Source: Candidatus Latescibacterota bacterium
GTDB lineage: Bacteria > Latescibacterota > UBA2968 > UBA8231
NCBI GenBank assembly: GCA_965217585.1
Contig: OZ244561.1
Coordinates: 1,632,001-1,696,000, forward strand
Direction of reading: 5' to 3'
DNA: 64,000 bases
Made by a program: the position numbers and the translations under genes. This document shows, in pieces, positions 9,279-19,284 of this stretch (position 1 is its first letter; each line of letters opens with the position of its first letter). The notes under the pieces were generated by a model. The model was not told where the DNA came from and searched no databases. It saw only the letters and a program-made list of their open reading frames with translations.

Positions 9279-10574
9279 CTACACACTCGCAAAGTCGATG
9301 CGCGGGTCCACGGCTTTGAGCAAAATATCCGCCACCAAGATCCCCGCCAGCGACAGGGCCGCGCCAATGGTGAAGAGTGCCATGGCCACGGGGTAATCGC
9401 GCACGATGACCGACTGGAAAGCCAAAAAGCCCATGCCTGGAATGGTGAAGATCGTCTCGATAAACACCGAACCCGCGATCATTCCCGGCAAAAGCCCCGC
9501 CAGCAGCGTCACAATGGGAATCAGAGAGTTGCGCAGCACGTGGCGCAGCACCACAACTCGGTAGCGCAACCCCTTGGCTTGGGCTGTGCGCACGTAGTCC
9601 AGCCGCAAATTCTCCAGCATGCTGGTGCGCATATAGCGCGAGATACCGGCGAAGCTGGCGTAGGTCGAAGCCAGTACCGGTAAGACCATGTGGTGGGCGT
9701 GGTCGGTCAACAGCCGCCAGAATCCCCAGTCTTCCCCAGCGTCCAAGGATTGGATACCGGAGGCTGGAAACCAGTGGAAGAATTCCTTGTTGCAGAAAAA
9801 CAGGATCAACAGCATGCCTACCCAGAACGAAGGCATCGACCAGAGCATGAAGGTCCCGGTGGTAGCCAAGCGGTCGGTAGCGGTATTTTGCTTGACCGCG
9901 ATCACTATGCCCAGCGGCACGCCGACTAGATAGGCAAAGACTAGACTGATGAGGTTGATTTCCAGCGTGATAGGCAGCCGGTCGAGGATGTGGTCAATGA
10001 CCGGTTCCTGGTCTTTGAAGGAGCGCCCTAGATTCAGCGTCACCAAACGCCAGCTATCCGTCTGCACCAGTTCCAAGCCAGACCCGGCATACGCGTAGTT
10101 TTTAGCTGGCGAGAAAAGGCGGCTCTGCCAGAAAGGCGACTCGACTAGCTCGTTGACGCGCTCGGGGCGCAGGCGGCGAAAATGCGCCAAGAAACGCGCC
10201 TTGCGCTCTTCGCCCTCAAGCGCGGCCAACTCGGCCCGCGCCGCGTCTGGCAACTCGTCGAGCACGGCGTCGGCCAACAAGGCTCCTCGGTCGAATGCGC
10301 CTAGGTCCTCCACGCGCAGGACCAGGTTGGAAAGCCAGTGCAAATACTGGAGGTATAGAGGTTGATCCAACCCGAGCTGGCGACGCAAATCTCGGCGCGT
10401 CTTCTCCATGTCCGCCTGATGGTCGGTGGAGAGCCCTTCGCCGCCAGCGGCCCCGCCCAAGAACAGATCGACCGGGTCGCCGGGCGCCAAGCGCATAATC
10501 AGGAAGGTCAGTAGGGTGATGCCGAGGAGGGTTGGGATGGCCAGCAGAATGCGCTGGATGGTGTACTGCAGCAT
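9279..10574 (-). CDS. Peptide/nickel ABC transporter permease (OppB/DppB family) with an enlarged periplasmic loop
   Basis: APGDPV, LGLDQPLYLQY, DYVRTAQAKGL, HVLRNSL, ETIFTIPGMG, RDYPV, DPRI. Confidence 0.93.
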   Translation of the reverse strand: MLQYTIQRILLAIPTLLGITLLTFLIMRLAPGDPVDLFLGGAAGGEGLSTDHQADMEKTRRDLRRQLGLDQPLYLQYLHWLSNLVLRVEDLGAFDRGALLADAVLDELPDAARAELAALEGEERKARFLAHFRRLRPERVNELVESPFWQSRLFSPAKNYAYAGSGLELVQTDSWRLVTLNLGRSFKDQEPVIDHILDRLPITLEINLISLVFAYLVGVPLGIVIAVKQNTATDRLATTGTFMLWSMPSFWVGMLLILFFCNKEFFHWFPASGIQSLDAGEDWGFWRLLTDHAHHMVLPVLASTYASFAGISRYMRTSMLENLRLDYVRTAQAKGLRYRVVVLRHVLRNSLIPIVTLLAGLLPGMIAGSVFIETIFTIPGMGFLAFQSVIVRDYPVAMALFTIGAALSLAGILVADILLKAVDPRIDFASV

Positions 10575-10599
10575 GGTGGATTACAGCGCGGGACGCTTT

Positions 10600-11706
10600 T
10601 TACTCCTCTAGTTCCTCGGCCCGCGCATACGCCGCCTTGCTCTCCTCAACCAAGTCCTTGTGGGCGTAAACCGTCCCTAAGCGCTTCCACACCAAGGCAT
10701 TGTCTGGCATTTGTTCGGCGAGCTGCTCCAAGAGCGGCAGCGCACCATCGTAGTCCTTTGTGGCCAAGTGGACCATGGCGAGATTGTAGAGCGTGTCCCC
10801 ATAGTACTCTTTGAACTCGGCAACCTGCGCGTTAACATCCTGCGCCGCAGCGAGTGCGTCTTGTGAGTTGGCTCCCCGCGCCGCAGCGAGTGCGTCCTCG
10901 TAGTCCTTTTTTATGAGCTCGACTGCCTGCTCATAGGCCCGCTTCGCCGCAGTGTACTTTTCTTGTTGCCAGTAGAGGTTGCCCAAGTTGAAGTGGGGCC
11001 TGAAATCATCGGGGTTCAGTTCGATAATCTTAAGAGAATTGGCCTCGGCATTCTCGTAGTCCTCGGCTTGGGTTTGAGCGATGGTAAGATAGGTCAGGGC
11101 ATTGAGGTTCTCGGGATTGATTTTGGCCACCTGTGACAAGGCACGGATGGCCTCATCGAGGCGATCATTTTTTAAGTAGAGCGCCCCTAAGACAAGAAAG
11201 GTGTTCTCGTCTTCTGGATCCGCCGACACGACTTTCTGGCAGGTAGCAATGGCCGCATCTATGCTGTCGATTTGGGAATAGACTTGGGCGAGCCCCCGCC
11301 AAGCATCGAGCGCACTTTCGTCGATGATGGTAGCGTTGTGAAACGAGTGCCGCGCCATGACGTAATTCGGGGCCTCGCCTTGAGCATGAACGACGCCGGC
11401 ATTGTACTCGCGCGCCCAAAATTGGCGGCGCGTTTGTTCAACCTCGCTTTGAAATTTGGAATCGCTCTCGGCGTGCGCTAGGTGCTCGGCCATTTCGCCA
11501 TAGCGGCCCTCTTCCCCTAAGAGCTTGCCCATGAGCAAGTGAGCCTCGTAATTTTCCGGCTCGGTCTGCAAGACTAGGGCGAGTTGTTTTTTGGCCTCTT
11601 GCGGCTGCTCCTGCTTGATATAGAGCTTGGCCGCCGTCATGGTCGAACTCTGACATCCCAATCCGGCGACGGCGACGAGCACCGCCAGCCAGCACACGCA
11701 CTTCAT
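10600..11706 (-). CDS. TPR-repeat lipoprotein
   Basis: Lipobox GLGC; repeated TPR helices (AHLLMG, AWRGLA, HFNLGNLY, LYNLA, WKRLG). Confidence 0.85.
   Translation of the reverse strand: MKCVCWLAVLVAVAGLGCQSSTMTAAKLYIKQEQPQEAKKQLALVLQTEPENYEAHLLMGKLLGEEGRYGEMAEHLAHAESDSKFQSEVEQTRRQFWAREYNAGVVHAQGEAPNYVMARHSFHNATIIDESALDAWRGLAQVYSQIDSIDAAIATCQKVVSADPEDENTFLVLGALYLKNDRLDEAIRALSQVAKINPENLNALTYLTIAQTQAEDYENAEANSLKIIELNPDDFRPHFNLGNLYWQQEKYTAAKRAYEQAVELIKKDYEDALAAARGANSQDALAAAQDVNAQVAEFKEYYGDTLYNLAMVHLATKDYDGALPLLEQLAEQMPDNALVWKRLGTVYAHKDLVEESKAAYARAEELEE
10842..10896. repeat. Duplicated 19-bp unit (period 36 bp) encoding DALAAA twice within the TPR gene
   Basis: gcgccgcagcgagtgcgtc at 10842 and 10878. 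Confidence 0.8.
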
Positions 11707-11723
11707 TGTCAATCCCCCGCGAG

Positions 11724-11758
11724 AAAAACTGCGCGGCGCACGTCTTGTGCGCCGCGCA
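11724..11758 (-). terminator. Intra-cluster rho-independent terminator or stabilising hairpin
   Basis: 12-bp perfect stem TGCGCGGCGCAC/GTGCGCCGCGCA, 5-nt loop, followed by GTTTTT on the minus strand. Confidence 0.75.
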
Positions 11759-11768
11759 ACGGTCGAAC

Positions 11769-12791
11769 TCAGAACCCAAACTGAAAGGTAAAGGTATTGA
11801 GGGCGTCGAAATACTCGACCGTAGTATAGGCGTAATCGACGCGTAAATCTTTAAGCGTCCCGGCCTCCAGATTCAGACCAAAGCCGAAGCTGGTGCCATA
11901 GATGTAGTCGTCGGTCGAGTTGGGTGCATAATCGAAGCCAGCGCGCAGGGCGAAGAAATCGGCCAACATATACTCGGCACCCAACCGGTACTGGTCGTAG
12001 GCGAAATTGTTGTGCCGGAAGACCGAGGACAAGTTGACCGCGTCCATATAGCGATAGCTCAGACCGAGCTCGAACGTCGAGGGCAGGTCAGCCGAGCTAG
12101 CCTGTATATTGTAGTCAGAGGGTCCGCGGCGCGCTTCGTTAATCTGGCCGCGACGCAACAGACCGGAACCGCCAAACTGCATCCGCGTGCCGATGTGCTT
12201 GAGCGCCACGCCCAAGTCTAGGCCGGCAATCCCGCCCAGATTGGCGTATTGCAAACCGGCGCTAAACGAAGTCGCGGTGGCCTCGACGCGCTGGATGCGG
12301 TTGATGATATAATGGCTGGTAATCCCGACGGCGATGCGATCAGTCAGTTCCTTCGCAAAGGTCAGGCCCAAGGTGAAGAAGGTCGGCGAATAGGTCGCAC
12401 CGGTGCCGTCGGGGTTGGCCTCGGTCGTCACTGGGATTGCGCCGAAATTTAGTGCCTTGATGTTGAGGGCCAGCGAGCCGACGCTCTTGAAGTTGGCACC
12501 GGTAGCCAGATAGTTGATGCGGGTATCCGCCAGATAGGACATCGTCGAAAACAGGATGCCCGCGTTGGATTCGGACTTGGGCAGACCTGCTGGGTTCCAG
12601 TGCAGGGCCTCCAGACCAGCAGTGGTGGCGATCGAGGCACCGCCCAAGGCCATGTCGCGTGCGCCGACCGGAATCAGCAGTTCCGGCGCGGCGGCCGTAC
12701 CGGCGCGGTCTTGGCCATCGGCAAAGGCCGTAGCCGAGGCCAAAACCAGCGCCAGCAGGATCGTCGAGATGCGAAAGCTGTGTCGAAGCAT
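11769..12791 (-). CDS. PorV/PorQ-like (UPF0164, FadL-superfamily) outer-membrane beta-barrel
   Basis: Signal peptide; LLIPVGARDMALGGA...ALHWNPAGL hatch motif; amphipathic strands; C-terminal TFQFGF. Confidence 0.85.
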   Translation of the reverse strand: MLRHSFRISTILLALVLASATAFADGQDRAGTAAAPELLIPVGARDMALGGASIATTAGLEALHWNPAGLPKSESNAGILFSTMSYLADTRINYLATGANFKSVGSLALNIKALNFGAIPVTTEANPDGTGATYSPTFFTLGLTFAKELTDRIAVGITSHYIINRIQRVEATATSFSAGLQYANLGGIAGLDLGVALKHIGTRMQFGGSGLLRRGQINEARRGPSDYNIQASSADLPSTFELGLSYRYMDAVNLSSVFRHNNFAYDQYRLGAEYMLADFFALRAGFDYAPNSTDDYIYGTSFGFGLNLEAGTLKDLRVDYAYTTVEYFDALNTFTFQFGF

Positions 12792-12831
12792 GGAATAGTC
12801 TCCTGTTTCTCCCTTTGAGATCCTGTGCACC

Positions 12832-15800
12832 TTAGAAGCTCTCCAAGAATTGCTGCTCTTGGATGACGGCCAGCTTGAGGATTCGACTCATGCCGGTCCC
12901 TGGCAGCTCGATATGGGCGATATACATGCCGCTGGCCACCGGCAACTGGTTTTGGTTTTGCAGATCCCAGCGCGTGAACTGCGACGGGTCATCCTTCTCA
13001 ATCGTGCGCACTAGCGTGCCGCTCATGTCGAAGATGCGAATATTCGCCTTGGGCGGCAGGTGGTTGAAGGTCACGAAGTGGCTGTAACGGCTGGTCTCCG
13101 CCGAGTTGACGCCGAGGTAGGGATTGGGGAAGACGTTGATCTTCCCGATGTTTTCCTTGGCCAACGCTTCGGAGTACGCCTCGGCCGTCACGCTAAACTC
13201 AAACTCGTCCTCACCGGCCACCACGGTATTGCCGATGGTGATCTTTATTACGTCGCCCGTCGACCAGACCGAGGCACCTCCCTGGTAGAAGAAGTAAACC
13301 CACGTGGTATTCTCGTCCGTCAGTTCGTGGATCTTGGTCGGATCGTAGTCGGTGTGGACGATGGTGATATAGTCGCGACCCGGCATATTGTAGGTCTGGT
13401 GGTAGACAACGCTATCCTCGTCTCTCGACCCGTCGGCACCGCGGTCATAAAACACGGCGTTCAACTGGCGCGGATTGTCCGGATCTTCCACGTCCCAGAT
13501 CTCAAAGGGCACGCGCTGGAGGAAGGCACCGGTTGAATCCGACACCTCGGCGGGTTTGAAGGGATGCGCCGCGATATCGCGCTCGCCGCTGCCACCGCTG
13601 ACACCACCGAGGGTTGCCATCGAGCCACCCTCGACGATTGCGGTGCTATCGGCGTCCCACACGCCGGTGAAGCGGAACTCGATATCGCGCACCAGCCGAT
13701 TGTCACCAGCACCGCCGCCATCCCAGAAGGTCGAACCATAGCCGTCGGGAAAACCGAAGAGCGTACCGTCACTCCAGAGGTGAAGGTCGCCATCCTCCGG
13801 ATTGGCGTCGTTGGTCACTTCGGCACTGATATAGGTCGTCGGATTGGTGAAGACCAGATTACCTACCTTGACCTGGAGGCCTTCGACGATGGGATAGCTC
13901 TCGTCGAGGGAAATATTGCTCTCCCGGTCAACTAGGATCTCTCCGCCTCGCGACAGGCTCCAAGTCGCGTCGTCGTTGAAGGTGACCTTGTAGGCCGCCT
14001 GCTGCAGGGCCGTGGGGTCGATCACCTGTGCCCATACACTGGCGTCGCCGATGCCCTTGGTGTGTTCGACGGGCAGCAGCTCACCGGGGTCCTCATGGGT
14101 ACGCGTGATGCCCGGAGGCGCAACTTGTGGAACGCAGATGATGCTCTGCGGGCTGCTTTCTAGGGTGGTGGTCGTCGCCGCCTCGGCCGAAGTGGCGCGG
14201 CTATAGGCAGTCACCGCGAAGTAGTACTGCTGGCCATTGACCAGCGGACCGCCGCGTATCGCGTCGCTGGTCATGGTGATATATCGCTGGAGACCACTGT
14301 CGTTACCGATCTGCAAAGGCACATCCAGAACCACGCCAGACTGCTCGTCGAGAGCGATACCCAATATGGTCGTCACGCCGTTGACTAGATCAAAAGTGGC
14401 GATCTTGGTAGCCTGGCCCAGCGTCGCCTCGGCCGAAGGCAATTGGTAAACATTATAACCTTCAAAGTCAAAACCGGGCGAACCCACACTTTCGGTCTTG
14501 GCCACCGACTCTGGGTCCCAACCCCAGTTAAGTACGATGGTCTGGTCGAGCTCGACCAAGCGGACATTGGGCTGGGTCGGCGGCTTGGGCACCTGAAAGA
14601 AGCTGTTGTAGGCGTCCTGTACGAACTGGTCGGTGAATTTCAGCTTGGAGACGCTGCGCAGGCGGTCGCTGCTGATCGCGCCCAGCAGCGCGACCACCAC
14701 TTCTTGGGTGTCGCCCAATGCCATCTCGAAAGGCCCGGTGGCCAGCACTATGCGCCGGTCGCCGGCCGGCAGCGGCACGCCGTCGTTCCAGCCGGTGGCT
14801 CTGGTCGGATCGCCGTCGAGCGTGAACTTGGTGTCGGCATTGGTCAGCGGATTGGTGTAGGGCACGGGGTTTTCAACATCGTCCTGCGGCTGGAAGCCGC
14901 GCAGCAGATTGTACCACTGCTGAGTGCCTATGTATTCGCCCAGTTCTGGATCGGATATCGCACTGCCGGCGGCAAAGTACACGAAGGCCGTCATCGGCAA
15001 GTTCTTGTAGCCGGGACGCAGCCCGTCGTTGAAGATGGCCACCGAACTCTCGTCGAGCAGTTGATTGCCCTCTTCGTCAACGGCGATGTTGCCGTCGTCG
15101 TCTAGCTGATAAACCGGTACGATCGGGCCTTGCAAAAAGTCGTAGCCGGCGGCCGGTGGGGCCAAGCCGAAGGTGACGTAGTGCGAGTCGTCGTCGATCG
15201 AGTTGTACACATAACCCAAGCTCAGGCCGACGTCAGCACCGGCAAAGTCGTCGCCGAAATCGCCCAGATCTGGATCGGACCACTGGGCGAAATACATGTC
15301 TTCGATCACGGCATCGTCCGTGGCCTCGGCGGTGCCCTTGTAGATGATCTTGTACTTCTTGAAGATCACGTCGCCCAAGGCGTCGCTGCGCGCATAGCCC
15401 CAGAGCGTGACCTGGGTCTCCAAGCCGATGGGCAAAGAGCCGTAGAGATTGGTTGTGGCACCCTGGTCCAGATCGTTTATGGCAAACCAGATTACCTGGT
15501 CCGCATTGGCCAAACCTGGCTCGTCAACCGAGGGGTCGTACTGCCCGTTTCCGTCGTTGTCGTAATAGGGCGCACCCAACTCGGCCGGCCACTCCGTCCA
15601 ATCGCGCTCGTACTGGGCGCGCACCGCCTCCTCGTGGGCGGCGGTGACCTGGCTCAAACCGATGTTGAGGACCTCGGAGGCGTCTAGCCGCAAATCCGCG
15701 GTCGCCCAATCGCGGCGGATCCGATAGAGCCGAGCCGTTTCGCGGTCCTGGGCCACGCCCTTGGACTCAATGACGCCTGGCACCGTGCCGATCTCGTACG

Positions 15801-16122
15801 TCTGACCGCCTACGCGCAGGTCTTGGTCATTGCCGTCCTGGACCCGCCCACCCCAGATGATGCCGTCCTGGAAGATGACTTGGTCGGTCGAGCGCGGGTA
15901 GGTCACGCCCGAATTGCTGTTGAGCGGGTTGCGGGCCGACCAGCCATCGCTTTGGATCCACATGGCCATATTATTGATGTTGAGCAGGGTCCGTTGAGTG
16001 GACACCTCGATCTCATCTTGGGCCAGTTTGGCGGCCGGTGCGCCCCGCCCTTCGCGGGCCTGGACAGTGCCGACTAGGAGCAAGAGCGTCGCCGCCGCAA
16101 ATAGGTAAACAAACTTTCTCAT
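12832..16122 (-). CDS. Large acidic secreted protein with a T9SS type-A C-terminal sorting domain
   Basis: Signal peptide; C-terminal INVFPNPY...IRIFDMSGTLVRTI...WDLQNQNQLPVASGMYI...KLAVI; DxDGNG Ca-binding-like motifs; FN3-like segment. Confidence 0.85.
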   Translation of the reverse strand: MRKFVYLFAAATLLLLVGTVQAREGRGAPAAKLAQDEIEVSTQRTLLNINNMAMWIQSDGWSARNPLNSNSGVTYPRSTDQVIFQDGIIWGGRVQDGNDQDLRVGGQTYEIGTVPGVIESKGVAQDRETARLYRIRRDWATADLRLDASEVLNIGLSQVTAAHEEAVRAQYERDWTEWPAELGAPYYDNDGNGQYDPSVDEPGLANADQVIWFAINDLDQGATTNLYGSLPIGLETQVTLWGYARSDALGDVIFKKYKIIYKGTAEATDDAVIEDMYFAQWSDPDLGDFGDDFAGADVGLSLGYVYNSIDDDSHYVTFGLAPPAAGYDFLQGPIVPVYQLDDDGNIAVDEEGNQLLDESSVAIFNDGLRPGYKNLPMTAFVYFAAGSAISDPELGEYIGTQQWYNLLRGFQPQDDVENPVPYTNPLTNADTKFTLDGDPTRATGWNDGVPLPAGDRRIVLATGPFEMALGDTQEVVVALLGAISSDRLRSVSKLKFTDQFVQDAYNSFFQVPKPPTQPNVRLVELDQTIVLNWGWDPESVAKTESVGSPGFDFEGYNVYQLPSAEATLGQATKIATFDLVNGVTTILGIALDEQSGVVLDVPLQIGNDSGLQRYITMTSDAIRGGPLVNGQQYYFAVTAYSRATSAEAATTTTLESSPQSIICVPQVAPPGITRTHEDPGELLPVEHTKGIGDASVWAQVIDPTALQQAAYKVTFNDDATWSLSRGGEILVDRESNISLDESYPIVEGLQVKVGNLVFTNPTTYISAEVTNDANPEDGDLHLWSDGTLFGFPDGYGSTFWDGGGAGDNRLVRDIEFRFTGVWDADSTAIVEGGSMATLGGVSGGSGERDIAAHPFKPAEVSDSTGAFLQRVPFEIWDVEDPDNPRQLNAVFYDRGADGSRDEDSVVYHQTYNMPGRDYITIVHTDYDPTKIHELTDENTTWVYFFYQGGASVWSTGDVIKITIGNTVVAGEDEFEFSVTAEAYSEALAKENIGKINVFPNPYLGVNSAETSRYSHFVTFNHLPPKANIRIFDMSGTLVRTIEKDDPSQFTRWDLQNQNQLPVASGMYIAHIELPGTGMSRILKLAVIQEQQFLESF

Positions 16123-16137
16123 AGCTTCCTCTCTTTC

Positions 16138-19100
16138 CTAGAAATCGAACTGCAGACCGAAGCGAATCTGGCGCGGCGCGTCGTAGATATCGCCGCCCTC
16201 GTTGGACCAGTAGGCTTGGCGGTTGGCCAAGTTGATCGCCTCGTAGAGTTGCACGTACTGTTGCCCGCCGCTGGCCTCGACGATCTGCTGACTCAGCTCC
16301 GGGTTGGTCAGGAAGCCATCGTCCTTGTCGGTGCCGGTGCGGTTGTACACGTTGAGCACGTTCTTGCGGTTGAAGAGGTTGATAACATAGCTATAGACCT
16401 TGGCGTTGAGACCAAACAGCGAGAAGCCCTTGTCGAGGCGCAGGTTGGTCTTGAAGGTCCACGGCGTCGTCGAGCGGTTGATCGACTCGAGCGGCTTGCG
16501 CGAGCGCGGGTCGAAGCTGTCGAGTACACCGGCGTTTTCTGGACCGCGCTGACCGATCGAACCGGTGACCAAGGTAAAATTGTGTCCGCTCGTGAAGCTC
16601 AGCAGCAGGTTGGCCCCCAGACTCCGCAGAAGTGGGTTGGGCTCGTTGTCGGGGTAGCGGTAGTCTAGGTAGATCGAGCCGCGGTGCGTCTCGTTAAAGT
16701 CGAGCGGCGAGATGATCGTCGGCAGGTTGGTCTCGTTCTCAACCCCGGAAATGGCCGAACCAGTATATGAACCCGTGCCGCGTGCATCGGACAGGGTGTA
16801 GTTCAGTTCGGTCCGTAGGTTATTGACGCGCCTGAGCTTGAACTGGAACTCGATGCCCTTGGTCGTGGCGAAGTCGCCGTTTTGCAGATAGGCGTACGCG
16901 CCAGCGTCAACCGCGCTAGCCGAGAGCTGCTGCTTGCGCAACTGCATCTGCCCTTTGACGTCGCGGTAGAAGCCCGTGATGTCGAAGGAGGCGGATTCGG
17001 CGAACTGACGTTCGAAGCCAATTTCGTACTGGGTAGTCCGCATCGGCTCGATGTCGTAGGCGGTCGGATAGCGAATGTAGTTCTGGCCGCCCAACTCTAG
17101 GGCGAGGCGTGCGCCGCCGGCAAACATGGCGCGCATCGCCGGCATTTGCGAGAAACGCCCGTATTGCACGTGAAAAACCGTCAAATCCGACACCGGGAAC
17201 GACATCCCCAAACGCGGGCTAATATCGGTGTACGTGGCGGTCTTTTCCATCGACGCGAGGTCAATGGTGTAGTTTTCCGGATCGCGCACCGGTGCGGCCG
17301 GGTCCTTGAAGCGCCAGCTATCCGCGTCGAAGTAGTCGATGCGTAGACCGGCGTTGATGATCAGGTCATTATACTCGACTTTGTCCTGGATAAAGACGGC
17401 GGCTACCGTCGGGTGGCGCGGTGCCTCTAGCCCCTCGCCGTCGGCCTCGCGGCCGAACTCGTCGAAGCCGAAGAAATCGCTGGCGCTAGTCGAGCGCAGC
17501 AATCTGATCAGATCCTGCTTGCTACCCTTGCCATCGTCAAGACCCTCGGCTGTCTCGATCAACTCGTCGAGGATCTGGTCTTCGCTGATCTCATCGTTGT
17601 AGTAGCGGTCGTACACCGCGTCCAACTCGGGATAGGTATTGGCTATCCCCGAGCGGATCGAACGCAACGAGATCCCATAGCGCCGCGAGGTCCAATTCTG
17701 GTAGTCGAAACCGGCCCTGATCTGATGCACGTCGGTCTGCTTGGTCCAGCTACCGGCCAGCCCCCAATAGCCATCCGACGTGGTGCCGTAGGAGGTCGTA
17801 CGCGAACCCGGGCGGTTGAAGGGAAAGCCGGCCAGATCGTAGGGCCTAGGCCCCGAACCCTGCTGGGTATAGGGCGTGTACTCGCCCGTGCCCTCGAGGG
17901 CACGCTGTACGGCAACGCTGTCGTTGTACACCCACCACCGATCCTCGAAAAGCGGGTCGTAGGACGTGGCATCCTGCTTGTAGAGGCTCACGTTGAGTTC
18001 GTAGAACATGCTCTTGTCGAGCAGGTGGGTGAGCTTGGCGTTAATCAGGTTGGAGGACGCTTCCGACTCGACCAAACGCCGGGTGTTAAAAGCATTGCGG
18101 ATGGGCGCTCCGTTGCTTTCAAAACTCCCGTCCGAGTACAGATTCGTGAGGCGGAGCTGGACGGGGTAGTAGTCGAGCAGCAAGGTCCCGTTGAAAATGT
18201 TCCCTACACTACTCGTGTGCGGAATATTGCCGGGCTTGATTTCGAGCTGCTCGATCCGGTCGGGAACGGGATTACCCTCCTCGTCCTCGCCCCAGTGCCG
18301 GCGGCCACCGCGGAGGCCGGTGTCTTCGAGATCCTCGAAGGTAAAACCCGACCAGTAGGTCGGCCAAGAACCGAGGTTGAAGCGCTGACCGGCCAAGAAG
18401 GCGCGAATCTTCTGGCTACCCGCAACCGGACCACCGGCGGTGATCACCTGATTGGAATAGCCGTAGGAATAGGTGCCGAAGCGCTGCTCATAGTCGGAGG
18501 TAAAATTGTCCGACTCAGAGACGATCTCGAAGTCCCAGTCGCTGCCGCCGGTGCGCAACTCTTGCAGGATAATGCCGGCGTTGGCACCGCCGTACTCGGC
18601 GTTGAAGCCGCCGGCCTGGAGCTGGATTTCCTCCAGTGCCTCGACGATCAGTCCCACCGCGCTGGCACCAGTGACCACATTGCGGACGCTGGCCCCCTCG
18701 ACGTAGTAGCCGATCTCGTCGCCGCGCGAGCCACGGATATGCAACGTCCCCTCGTCATCAACCACGCCGGTCTGCAGGGCCAAGACTTGGCCGACGCCTC
18801 GGAGCGGCAGAATCTCGAGATCCTCGGCATCGACGATGCGCACCGCATTGGTGGCGTTTTTGTCGATGATCGGCCGCTCGGCTCGGATTACCACTTCCTC
18901 GACCTGGATATCCGAAGAAGTCAATTCAACGGCGATATTCGTAGTCAGGTCGGCGGAGACCCGCACATCCTCGACGGTATAATCCGCGTAGCCGATATAC
19001 GTGGCCTTGAGGGTGTAGGTACCCGCTGGCACATTGAGAATAAAAAAGCGGCCCTGCTCATCTGCCGTGGCCCCTAGCTTGGTATCTACCACCACGACAT

Positions 19101-19248
19101 TGGCATGGGGCAACCCGTCCCCGGTGGTGGCATCCTTGACGGCACCAGCTATTTTGCCGCCTGTACTGGCCTCGGCCGGAGCCAAGCTCAGCGCAAGCAG
19201 GACGCCCAGTGCGGTCAGGACGCGAAAAACGCCTTCAAACTTGGTCAT
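16138..19248 (-). CDS. TonB-dependent receptor with an N-terminal carboxypeptidase-regulatory-like domain
   Basis: GKIAGAVKD...GATADEQGRFFILNVPAGTY; plug HIRGSR...GGFNAEYG; SPRLG; NLFN; C-terminal PRQIRFGLQFDF. Confidence 0.93.
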   Translation of the reverse strand: MTKFEGVFRVLTALGVLLALSLAPAEASTGGKIAGAVKDATTGDGLPHANVVVVDTKLGATADEQGRFFILNVPAGTYTLKATYIGYADYTVEDVRVSADLTTNIAVELTSSDIQVEEVVIRAERPIIDKNATNAVRIVDAEDLEILPLRGVGQVLALQTGVVDDEGTLHIRGSRGDEIGYYVEGASVRNVVTGASAVGLIVEALEEIQLQAGGFNAEYGGANAGIILQELRTGGSDWDFEIVSESDNFTSDYEQRFGTYSYGYSNQVITAGGPVAGSQKIRAFLAGQRFNLGSWPTYWSGFTFEDLEDTGLRGGRRHWGEDEEGNPVPDRIEQLEIKPGNIPHTSSVGNIFNGTLLLDYYPVQLRLTNLYSDGSFESNGAPIRNAFNTRRLVESEASSNLINAKLTHLLDKSMFYELNVSLYKQDATSYDPLFEDRWWVYNDSVAVQRALEGTGEYTPYTQQGSGPRPYDLAGFPFNRPGSRTTSYGTTSDGYWGLAGSWTKQTDVHQIRAGFDYQNWTSRRYGISLRSIRSGIANTYPELDAVYDRYYNDEISEDQILDELIETAEGLDDGKGSKQDLIRLLRSTSASDFFGFDEFGREADGEGLEAPRHPTVAAVFIQDKVEYNDLIINAGLRIDYFDADSWRFKDPAAPVRDPENYTIDLASMEKTATYTDISPRLGMSFPVSDLTVFHVQYGRFSQMPAMRAMFAGGARLALELGGQNYIRYPTAYDIEPMRTTQYEIGFERQFAESASFDITGFYRDVKGQMQLRKQQLSASAVDAGAYAYLQNGDFATTKGIEFQFKLRRVNNLRTELNYTLSDARGTGSYTGSAISGVENETNLPTIISPLDFNETHRGSIYLDYRYPDNEPNPLLRSLGANLLLSFTSGHNFTLVTGSIGQRGPENAGVLDSFDPRSRKPLESINRSTTPWTFKTNLRLDKGFSLFGLNAKVYSYVINLFNRKNVLNVYNRTGTDKDDGFLTNPELSQQIVEASGGQQYVQLYEAINLANRQAYWSNEGGDIYDAPRQIRFGLQFDF

Positions 19249-19284
19249 GTGTTCCTCCTTTGTAGGGTAGTTCTCAATACCCCT

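Noticed and set aside
17725-19077. 450-aa plus-strand ORF, and similar long ones (14443-15105, 26792-27748, 28163-29008, 22587-23477)
   Set aside because: Antisense shadows of well-supported minus-strand genes in GC-rich, codon-biased DNA; no recognisable motifs
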